Made by a program: the position numbers and the translations under genes
Shown here: positions 1 through 47,869 of the stretch, one piece after another
Numbering within the stretch: the first letter of the stretch is position 1
How the letters are laid out: each line of letters opens with the position of its first letter
Assembly: GCF_018977255.1 (NCBI RefSeq)
Contig: NW_024704742.1
Location: 73,782,001-73,846,000, forward strand
Direction: 5' to 3'
Length of the DNA stretch: 64,000 bases
DNA from: Callorhinchus milii
Taxonomy: Eukaryota
Notes under the pieces: model-generated
What the model saw: only the letters and a program-made list of their open reading frames with translations
Database searches by the model: none
What the model was told of the DNA's origin: nothing

Positions 1-193
1 AAGGCACAAGTGAGCACGTGCAGCATTTTGTCCAGATTAACCAGATTGTTGTCCTAATTAAAATGGGTAATACAAATGAATCGGGGCCAGTCTTTTTGTC
101 TGATTTACCCGGTGTCTGGGGTTAACCGGTGTCTGGCTAAAGAGGCTTCTATTGCACATAAACATGGCTGGGAATATTGACAGCCTGATGACA

Positions 194-478
194 TAATAAT
201 AGTAATAATCCTTGCATTTGATATGGCACCTTACCACATCATTGAGATGTCTTAACGTGCTTTACAGAATATATTATAAAGTGAATTGACTGTGTATTTT
301 GTGGGCGAAACACAGTAGCCAATTACATACAGCAGTGTCCTACAAACAGTTATGGAATCAGTGACATTTTTTTTGAGGGATTATTAACCCAGACAGCAAT
401 ACGACAATCAACGAACAACCAGGTTCCTACATACTGCTCGGTAAAAGGTGTGCAGAGCAAGGAAACTTGCCTAAGTGT
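194..478 (-). mobile_element. tRNA-SINE long variant, minus strand, head missing
   Basis: Reverse of tail and body as at 18087-18400; the head is replaced by the repeat at 482-575. Confidence 0.8.
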
Positions 479-481
479 CAG

Positions 482-575
482 TTCTGACGAAGGGTCGTGG
501 ACTCGAAACTCACTTTCCTTTCTCCATAGATGCTGCCTGACCTGCTGAGTGTTCCCAGCGACTTCTGTTTTTGTG
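482..575 (+). mobile_element. Penelope-like element terminal-repeat fragment with a minimal hammerhead-ribozyme-like core
   Basis: CTGACGA (484-490), stem GGGTC-gtg-GACTC, GAAAC (505-509), followed by TCTCCA.AGATGCTGCCTGACCTGCTGAG. Confidence 0.6.
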
Positions 576-819
576 CTTCATGTCCCCGACCCCATCTGCC
601 CCACCATCACCATTATGATTCCACTCTCTGGAGTTCCATTCCAGGAGTCCCTCAATTTGCTCCCTCCCTCCCCTCATTCAAGGAACATCAAGACCTAATT
701 CTTTAACCACGCTTTTACTCATATTTTTCCCTCCCCAACCGACCTCCCTCGACTCCCACCCCCAGCTCAGGTGCCAAGCCGCAGCGTCAAGCCAAGGCGT
801 TGTGTAAATGTTATGTTTT

Positions 820-1125
820 ACCACTCAGCCGGCTCTGGGCTGCTCCACATCCCCCGACCCACCCGCCCCACCATTGGCGGGAGAGCCGTCAGCCACTCTG
901 CCCCCAACCTCTGGAATTCCATCCCCCAATCATTCCGCCTCACCCCCTCCTTAGCCTCCTTCAAGTCCCGCCTCTTTGACCATGCCATCGGCCACCCCGT
1001 TTCCCCTCCCTTCTTCCCCCTCTGACCCCAGCTCGAGTCTGAAATGCTGTACACTGTCCAGCGCCTTGGGATGTCCTCCCGATGTGAAAGGCGCTATATG
1101 TATGTAATCTTGTTGTTGTTATTGT
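820..1125 (+). mobile_element. L2 LINE 3' fragment
   Basis: [32 protein letters not shown]-terminus and the same 3' stem-loop/TTG tail as the 3650-5511 copy. Confidence 0.85.
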
Positions 1126-1649
1126 TTTCGGAAGGGAAACAAGATATTGCTTATGCAGCCTGTGGGCTTTTCTGAAATAGGGAATCTGGCCCATGCCACA
1201 GGCAGCCAGAATGTTGAACTACTCTAATTTAAAACAACTGGTGAAACAATTAGTTCTTTGCAATCATTAAGATGCAAACTGTAGTACAGTAGTTTTTCAT
1301 TTTATAAGATCACTACCTTAAGCAACATTGAGCATAGGCCTTTGGAAGGGTATTTTTTATTCCAGTCAATGCCTATCTATGCTGGTATGAGACCAGAAGA
1401 CTTGGTACGCAGCATTTGTCCATTTTTATACTGGAGTTAAAAATGGAGATGGATCTATGCTTTAAATGGCACTCCACCTACAGCAAAAGAACAATACAAA
1501 CTAATGTAACACAAAAATAATCAGAGGAATTACGAGTTGAAAAGGTGATATTCTGTAAAAATGTATGCAAACTAGACAATCAATATGGCCATAGACAGAC
1601 TGGTAAAAAGGGCAGATGAAGTTTAATGTGGAGAAATGCGAAGTGATGC

Positions 1650-1915
1650 ATTTCATGTCGGGAGGACGTCCCAAAGCGCTGGACAGTCAGGTGTTGGGGC
1701 CCGAGCATGGGGGAGGGATGATGTAGGGGTGAGGGAAGGCAGAGAGGTGGGAAGGCGACCAAAGGCACAATCGAAGAGAAGGGTCTTGCGACCGGCCTTG
1801 AAGGGGGGAAGGGAGGAAGCGAGGCGAAGGGACCGTGGGATGTAGTTCCAAAGTGTGGGGGCAGAGAGGCTGAAAACCCGGCCACTGATGGTAGGGCGGG
1901 TCGGGCGGGAGACGG
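1650..1915 (-). mobile_element. L2 LINE 3' fragment, minus strand
   Basis: Reverse complement of the L2 3'UTR/tail (tttcatgtcgggaggacgtcccaaagcgctggacagtcagg). Confidence 0.82.
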
Positions 1916-2000
1916 GAGCAGTGACAGTGACAGGCCCAGTGAGGCAGTGACAGTCACAGGCACAGTGAGACAGTAGTAGTGACAGGCACAGTGAGGCAGT

Positions 2001-2320
2001 AGCAAACTAGACAAATATGGACATAGGCAGACTGGTAAAATGGGCAGACACGTGACAGATGACGTTTAATGTGGAGAAATGCGAAGCGATGCATTTTGGA
2101 GGAAGAATAAGGAGAGGCAATATAAGCTGATGGTACAATCATAAAGGAGGTGAAGGAACAGAGAGACCTGGGGGTTCATATAGGTAAATCTTTGAAGGTG
2201 GCAGGACAGGCAGATAAAGCTGTTAAAAAAGCTTACGGGATACTAGGCTTTACAAACAGGGGAGTCAGGAAGTTATGATGAAACTTTATAGAACACTGGT
2301 TAGGTCTCAGCGAGAGTACC
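2001..2320 (+). mobile_element. CR1 LINE ORF2 fragment
   Basis: Degenerate WADT.QM.FNVEKCE.MHFG...Y.L.G.I....EQRDLGV...LK...L..YRTLVR..QLEY typical of CR1 ORF2 C-terminal region. Confidence 0.78.
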
Positions 2321-2324
2321 GTGT

Positions 2325-3649
2325 GAGGCACAGTAGCAGTGATAGGCGCAGGGTGCCAGTGACAGTCACAGCGAGGCAGTGTCAGTTCCAGTTGCAGGGC
2401 AGCGGTGTCAGTGCCAGATGCAGGGAGGTGGTGGCAGTGACAGGCGCAGCAAGGCAGTGACCGTCACAGGGAGGCAGTGGCAATGACAGACGCAGTGAGG
2501 CAGTGACAGTGACAGCGACAGGCGCAGTGATGCGGTGGCAGTGGAAGACGCTGGGAGGCAGTGGCAGTGACAGGCACTGGTTTTTAGTGGCAGTGACAGG
2601 CACTGGGATGCAGTGGCAGAGACAGGCACTGAGTGGCAGGGACAAGCACTGGGTGGCGGTGGCAGTGGCAGGCACTGGGTGGTGGTGGCAGGGACAGGCA
2701 CTGGGAGGCAGTGGCAGGCACTGGGAGGCAGTGGCAGGCACTGGTAGTTAGTGGCAGTGACAGGCACTGGGATGCAGTGGCAGAGACAGGCACTGAGTGG
2801 CAGTGGCAGGGACAGTCACTGAGTGGCAGGGGCAAGCACTGGGTGGCAGGGACAGGCACTGGGTGACGATGGCAGTGGCAGGCACTGGGTGGCTGTGGCA
2901 GGGACAGGCTCTGGGTGGCGGTGGCAGGGACAGGCACTGGGTGGCCGGGACAGGCACTGGGTGACAGGGACAGGCACTGGGTGGTGGTGGTGGGCCCTGG
3001 GTGGCAATGGCAGGCCCTGGGTGGCAGGAACAGGCACTGCATGGCAGTGGCAGGCACTGGGTGGCGGTGGCAGGGACAGGCACTGGGTGGCAGGGACAGG
3101 CACTGGGTGGCAGTGGCAGGCACTGGGTGGCAGTGGCAGGCACTGGGTGGCGGTGGCAGGGACAGGCACTGGGTGGCGGGTGCAGGGACAGGCACTGGGT
3201 GGCAGTGGCAGGGACAGGCACTGGGTGGCAGGGACAGGCACTGGGTGGCAGGGGCAGGCACTGCATGGCAGTGGCAGGCACTGGGTGGCGGTGGCAGGGA
3301 CAGGCACTGGGTGGCAGGGACAGGCACTGGGTGGCAGTGGCAGGCACTGGGTGGCAGTGGCAGGCACTGGGTGGCGGTGGCAGGGACAGGCACTGGGTGG
3401 CGGGGGCAGGGACAGGCACTGGGTGGCAGTGGCAGGGACAGGCACTGGGTGGCAGGGACAGGCACTGGGTGGCGGTGGCAGTGGCAGGGACAGGCACTAG
3501 GTGGCGGTGGCAGGGACAGGCACTGGGTGGCAGGGACAGGCACTGGGTGGCAGGGGCAGGCACTGGGTGGCAGGGGCAGGCACTGGGTGGCAGGGGCAGG
3601 GACAGGCACTGAGTGGCAGGGTCAGGCACTGGATGGCAGGGACAGGCAC
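2325..3649. repeat. G-rich minisatellite array, part 1 (GGCAGTGACAG grading into GGCAGGGACAGGCACTGGGT ~20-mer variants)
   Basis: Tandem GGCAG/GGCACTGGGT units; interrupted at ~3650 by an L2 insertion. Confidence 0.93.
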
Positions 3650-5511
3650 TTTGAATCCAAAATCAAGGGAATTCGCTCCGCGGTCACTTCCCCTCCAACC
3701 TCCACCCACCCCCCACCCCCTCCCTCCCACACTCCGACTCCTACCCATCCTCCCCTACACACGTTCGTACCCGTTTCCCCACCCTCTGTCACCAACCTCA
3801 TCCTGTCCCTGAAACCCACCACCTGCTCTCTTGACCCCATCCCCACTCCACTCCTTATCTCCCAGCTCCACCTCCTTGCCCCACATATCACAGACATCGT
3901 CAACCTGTCCCTCTCCTCTGGCTCTGTTCCCATTCCCTTAAAAACTGCCACCATCACTCCCACCTTGAAAAAACCCTCCCTTGATGCGTCGCAGCTATCA
4001 AGCTACCGGCCCATCTCCAACCTCCCCTTCCTGTCCAAGGTCCTGGAACGAGTTGTCGCCTCCCAGCTGCGCTCTTTCCTCTCCACCCATTCACTATTTG
4101 AACCCCTTCAGTCGGGTTTCCGTGCTGCCCATAGCACAGAAACTGCCCTGGTCAAGGTCACCAATGACATCCTGACCATCTGTGACCAGGGCTCCCTCTG
4201 CCTCCTCGTCCTCCTCGACCTATCGGCAGCATTCGATACGGTCGACCACGCTATCCTCCTCCATCGCTTGTCCTCCCACCTCAACCTTCAAGGCACTGTC
4301 CTTGAATGGTTTAGGTCGTACCTCTCCCACCGTCTTCACTTTGTCTCCACAAACGGCTTCTCCTCCACCCCCCGTACTGTCTCGTGCGGTGTCCCTCAGG
4401 GCTCTGTCCTCGGTCCCCTCCTCTTCACCCTCTATATGCTCCCCTTGTGGTGACATCATCCGCAGACATGGGGTTAACTTCCACATGTATGCGGATGACA
4501 CCCAACTCTACCTTTCCTCCTCTACCCTCAACTCCACGACCACCGATGTCCTGACAGCTGCCTGTCCGACATCGAGTCCTGGACGAGAGACAACTTTCTT
4601 CAGCTCAACGTGCGAAAAACTGAGGCCCTCCTGATTGGCTCACGTCAGCGCCTCCGCACCTCAGGCGCTGACAGCATCAGCATCCAAGGCTGCACTCTCC
4701 ACCTCTCAAAGCCAGTCAGGAACCTCGGGTTCTGTTCGACCCTGAGCTGTCCTTTCTCCCTCACATCCGCACCACAACTGGCACCGCCTTCCATCACCTC
4801 CGAAACATCGCCAGACTACGGCACTACCTCACCCCTCACGCGGCTGAAACCCTGGTCCACGCCTTTATCACCTCAAGGCTGGACTATGGGAACTCTCTCC
4901 TCGCCGGCCTTCCCGCCACCTCCCTCCGCGACCACATCACTCCCACCCTCGCTCGCCTCCACTGGCTCCCCATCCCCCAGAGGATCGAATTCAAGATCCT
5001 CATCCTCACCTACAAGGCCATTCACGGCCTCGCTCCCTCCTACCTCTCCGACCTACTATCCCCCTACCTACCTGCCCGTACCCTCCGTTCCTCTGGCTCC
5101 GGTCTGCTCCACATCCCCCGCCCCAACCGCCCTACCATCGGTGGTCGGGCCTTCAGCCTCTCAGCCCCGAGGCTCTGGAACTCCATCCCCCAGTGCCTTC
5201 GCCGCCTCCTCCCTTTCCTCCTTCAAGGCCGGTCTCAAGACCTTTCTCTTTGACCGAGCCTTCAGCTCCCCTCTCGACTCTCTACCCCCTCCTCGCTCCC
5301 TCCCTTCCCTCCCCTCACCCTGACCATTTCCCCCCTCCTCACTCCCTCCCTTCCCTCCCCTCACCCTGACCATTTCCCCCCTCCTCACTCCCTCCCTTCC
5401 CTCCCCTCACCCTGACCATTTCCCCCCTGCTCGGGTCCTGACCCAACTGTACAGCGCCTTGGGCCGTCCTCCCGACGTGAAAGGCGCTCAATAAATGGAA
5501 TCTTGTTGTTG
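3650..5511 (+). mobile_element. 5'-truncated L2-clade LINE with RT domain (frameshifted) and intact 3' tail
   Basis: [58 protein letters not shown], then YADD in a shifted frame (~4487). The 3' stem-loop GCGCCTTGGG..CCCGACGTGAAAGGCGC is followed by a (TTG)n tail. Confidence 0.93.
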
Positions 5512-7840
5512 GGACAGGGTGGCAGGGACAGGCACTGGGTGGCAGGGGCAGGGACAGGCACTGGATGGCAGGGACAGGGACAGAAGGCACTGGATGGCAG
5601 GGACAGGCGCTGGATGGCAGGGACAGGCGCTGGGTGGCAGGGACAGGCACTGGGGGGCAGGGACAGACACTGGGGGGCAGGGGCAGACACTGGGGGGCAG
5701 GGGCAGGCACTGGGGGGCAGGGGCAGGCACTGGGGGGCAGGGGCAGGCACTGGGGGGCAGGAGCGGGGACAGACACTGGGTGGCAGGGGCAGGGGCAGGC
5801 ACTGGATGGCAGGGACAGGCACTGGGTGGCAGGGGCAGGGACAGGCACTGGATGGCAGGGACAGGCACTGGGTGGCAGGGGCAGGGACAGGCACTGGATG
5901 GCAGGGACAGGGACAGAAGGCACTGGATGGCAGGGACAGGCGCTGGATGGCAGGGACAGGCGCTGGGTGGCAGGGACAGGCACTGGGGGCAGGGACAGAC
6001 ACTGGGGGCAGGGGCAGACACTGGGGGCAGGGGCAGGCACTGGGGGCAGGGGCAGGCACTGGGGGCAGGAGCGGGGACAGACACTGGGTGGCAGGGGCAG
6101 GGGCAGGCACTGGATGGCAGGGACAGGCACTGGGTGGCAGGGGCAGGGACAGGCACTGGATGGCAGGGACAGGCACTGGGTGGCAGGGACAGGCACTGGG
6201 GGGCAGTGGCAGGCACTGGGTGGCAGGGGCAGGCACTGGGGGGCAGGAGCGGGGACAGACACTGGGTGGCAGGGGCAGGGGCAGGCACTGGATGGCAGGG
6301 ACAGGCACTGGGTGGCAGGGGCAGGGACAGGCACTGGATGGCAGGGACAGGCACTGGGTGGCAGGGACAGGCACTGGGGGACAGTGGCAGGCACTGGGTG
6401 GCAGGGGCAGGCACTGGGGGGCAGGCGGTGGGGAGGAGGGAGGGCCACTGGGGCAGGCAGTGGGGAGGAGGGAGGGGCACTGGGGGGCAGGCAGTGGGGG
6501 GAGGCAGTGGGACAGGCAGTGGGGAGCAGGCAGTGGAGGACAGGCAGTGGGGAGGAGGGAGGGGCACTGGGGGACAGGCAGGGGGACCGGCAGTGGGGCA
6601 CAGGCAGTGGGGGGGGGCAGTGGGGGGGGGGCAGTGGGGGGGGCAGTGGGGGGGGGGCAGTGGGGGGGCAGGGGGGGGCAGTGGGGGGGGCAGTGGGGGG
6701 GGGGCAGTGGGGGGTGGGACAGTGGGGGGGGCAGTGGGGGGGCAGTGGGGGGGGGCAGTGGGGGGGGCAGTGGGGGGGGCAGTGGGGGGGCAGTGGGGGG
6801 GGGGGGGGCAGTGGGGGGGGCAGTGGGGGGGGGCAGTGGGGGGGGCAGTGGGGGGGGCAGTGGGGGGGGGGCAGTGGGGGGGCAGTGGGGGGGGGCAGTG
6901 GGGGGGGCAGTGGGGGGGGCAGTGGGGGGGCAGTGGGGGGGGGCAGTGGGGGGGGCAGTGGGGGGGGGGGGCAGTGGGGTGGGGGAGCAGTGGGGAGGAG
7001 GAGGGCCACTGGGGGGCAGGCAGTGGGGAGGAGGGAGGGGCACTGGGGGCAGGCAGTGGGGGGAGGCAGTGGGACAGGCAGTGGGGAGCAGGCAGTGGAG
7101 GACAGGCAGTGGGGAGGAGGGAGGGGCACTGGGGACAGGCAGGGGGACCGGCAGTGGGGCACAGGCAGTGGGGGGGGGGGCAGTGGGGGGGGGCAGTGGG
7201 GGGGGGGGCAGTGGGGGGGGCAGTGGGGGGGGCAGTGGGGGGTGGGGCAGTGGGGGGTGGGACAGTGGGGGGGCAGTGGGGGGGCAGTGGGGGGGCGGGG
7301 GGGGCAGTGGGGGGGGGGCAGTGGGGGGGGGCAGTGGGGGGGGCAGTGGGGGGGGGCAGTGGGGGGGGGCAGTGGGGGGGGGGGCAGTGGGGGGGGGCAG
7401 TGGGGGGGGGCAGTGGGGGGGCAGTGGGGGGGGGGCAGTGGGGGGGGCAGTGGGGGGGGCAGTGGGGGGGCAGTGGGGGGGGAGCAGTGGGGAGGAGGGA
7501 GGGCCACTGGGGGCAGGCAGTGGGGGGGGGGCAGTGGGGGTGGGGCAGTGGGGGGGCAGTGGGGGGGGCAGTGGGGGGGGGCAGTGGGGGGGGGGCAGTG
7601 GGGGGGGCAGTGGGGGGGGGGCAGTGGGGGGGGGCAGTGGGGGGGGCAGTGGGGGGGGCAGTGGGGGGGGGCAGTGGGGGGGGGGCAGTGGGGGGGGCAG
7701 TGGGGGGGGCAGTGGGGGGGGGGCAGTGGGGGGGGCAGTGGGGGGGGGGCAGTGGGGGGGGGGCAGTGGGGGGGGGGGCAGTGGGGGGGGGGCAGTGGGG
7801 GGGGCAGTGGGGGGGGGGCAGTGGGGAGGGGGAGGACAGG
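5512..7840. repeat. G-rich minisatellite array, part 2, grading to GGCAGT(G)6-12 units next to the SLC49A3 promoter
   Basis: GGCAGGGACAGGCACTGG units at 5512-6420, then (G)nCAGT units at 6600-7830; internal higher-order duplications. Confidence 0.95.
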
Positions 7841-7894
7841 GACGGTCTTGTGACAATCCGCTGTGACTATAACAATGGTTGTGATCACCATGGT

Positions 7895-8039
7895 CACGGC
7901 GGGGCGGCCTGGCCCCGGATTGGCTGCTGTGTGAGCGGGGGGCGGGGTGGCCTGGCCTCGGATTGGCTGCTGTGTGAGCGGGGGGCGGGGCTGCGGGTGG
8001 GCTCCGCCTCCGCTCAGTCCGGAAGTCGCTGAGGCCGCG
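7895..8039 (+). promoter_or_regulatory. SLC49A3 core promoter/5'UTR: duplicated 43-bp unit with inverted CCAAT box (GATTGGCT at 7918 and 7961) and GC boxes (GGGGCGGGG), plus ETS site CCGGAAGT at 8019-8026
   Basis: Motifs read directly from the sequence; local CpG enrichment immediately upstream of the exon-1 ATG. Confidence 0.75.
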
Positions 8040-45782
<37,743 letters not shown>

Positions 45783-47869
45783 CTGGACATTGACCTGAGG
45801 AGCCTCCTACGCAAACATTATTTTTAAACGTTTGGAAAAGAGTTTTTAACGTGAATATTTAAAAATAGGATTACATGGAAAAAGCACCTTTTTTAAAGCA
45901 AAGAATTTTATGAATCGGAATCTTATTTTTCATTAAAATATCAATGAGCTAATAAGGCACATATTAGCTGTGCAGTTCTTGGTTGAAACTTGCTTGTGAT
46001 TGGTATTTCATACACAAGAGTGGATGCAATTTGAAATTTCTCAGGCAAAGTATGTGTACAGCAAAATTGATGTGTCCCATCACACAATAAGGAAGCTTAC
46101 TGAATGATAGTTTCAAAGTATTGACCTTGTGATAGAATTTGACCTTGTGATAGAAAGTGACCAACACAGGGAAGACTCTGTGTGACTCTCAACCTCATTT
46201 CAGTTTTTTTGAGTTGAAAAAGAAGTTGGCTCTTCTGCCAACTCCTTTTGTGAAAGGGTTAATTTGTAGGTATCTGAGGAAGCCTTAAAAAAGAGCGATG
46301 GTAAGATTCCCGGTGTGTGTTTAGCTCGGATAGCATTAGAGCTGACTGGCTGGGTTTCACTGAGTTTCACTGATGCGCCAGGGTATTCTGACCATCAGCA
46401 ATGCCTGAGATCACCGCAGCTCTATCTGATCACAATGGCTGCTTTTTATCAGAGCCAGTGCAAAACCCTATAGAGGTATCCTTAACCACCCACCCGCCCC
46501 TCCTCCCGGAATTATTAGCGTCACTAGTTATTAACATCAGTCAATGCATTTGGTTGATTTTGATCCTATTGTAAGAGGTTCTCATTCCCCCCTCCTCATA
46601 GTGCTGCTGCCGCACATGTTTAAGCAGATTGACGCAACGCTGAGGGTAGGTGTCAGGTTGTGCTGTCCTGGGATGCTGTTCCCTGCCAAACAGCCCTGTC
46701 AGCTGCAGAGCTCATGATGGTGGGAGTCGGTCAGAGAGGAGAGGACGCAATCTGCACCCATCCCTGCCCTGACTGATCCTGCCCTGCCCTGGCTGACCCC
46801 GCCTTGGTGGGCCCTGCCTTGTTTCCCTAGAGATGTCCCACTGTTTTTCTTTCATCATGTGTTTAATAGTGCCTGTCAAATGCTTCCCATTAAAAGTATT
46901 TTCTGTGCAAATGTGCAATATATGTCTTAAATGTCAGCTTTCAAAGTGAACAACAAACATTATGTTAAAATTGTTCAGGTTTTGGGTAATGTTGACCTGC
47001 AGATATTGATTTGTGTAATGGTATTTCAAAAGGACAGGTGTACAGCAATGTATGTTGTAACAGTTCTGATTAACGATATGTGTTTCAAAAGGAGCGAATA
47101 TTAGCAATTTTGTTCCACGTCTGCAATGGAATTGCCTTTTGTAGTAATTGACGTGTGACAGACCCACTGTTTGTTATAACAACTGGATTGTAATGTGGGC
47201 AGATTGGAGTTCTCAGTTGAAGTCGATGAGATTTGACGTTCTGAGCTGGACTTTCTTGTAAAGGGCAAACTGAAGTTTGCAATGTAAAACTGAGAAATGT
47301 ATTACTTGAACTAATCACACAGAGCTCAAAGTAGCGACAACAATAACAAAATTACATTTGTATAGCGCCTTTCACGTCAGGAGGACGTCCCAGGGCGCTG
47401 AGGGTCAAGTTGCCCTCCCACCGGGTTACATTACAGAATATATAATAGGTGCTACTGAATGGTATGTTTTTCATGACAAGTGATTGATGTTTTCTCCAGC
47501 TTAACTTTACAAAAGCAAGAAAATATCTTAACCAACTGACAATAAATGAGATCTGAAAACGAATCGCCACGTTGTATCTTTAGTACTTTCTCATCTGGAG
47601 GACCTCTCAAAGCGCTTCATACAACTGGCAGAGAGCTCAGGCCGGAGTGGGGGGGCAGAAGGTAGCCGAGAGCTGAAAAGGAAGTGAGAGATTTTGAGGG
47701 GAGGATAGAGGGGACAAGACAGAGACAAAAAGATGGAATTCTCGAGGATTGAGCCGGGAACATGAAGCAGGTTGGGCATTGGTGGCACAGAAAAGGTTCA
47801 GGAGATCACAGAGGTCATGTGAGGCCTGAAAACAAACCACATGGGGATAAGAATTCTGAACATGAGTGG

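Noticed and set aside
2915..4453. 512-aa ORF appearing to fuse a repeat domain to a reverse transcriptase
   Set aside because: Chance read-through from a stop-free minisatellite into a 5'-truncated L2. It lacks the endonuclease and frameshifts before YADD, so it is not a novel RT system.
45932..47546. Candidate SLC49A3 poly(A) signals (ATTAAA at 45932 and 46889; AATAAA at 47541)
   Set aside because: Cannot choose among them without 3'-end data, so none is reported as a feature.
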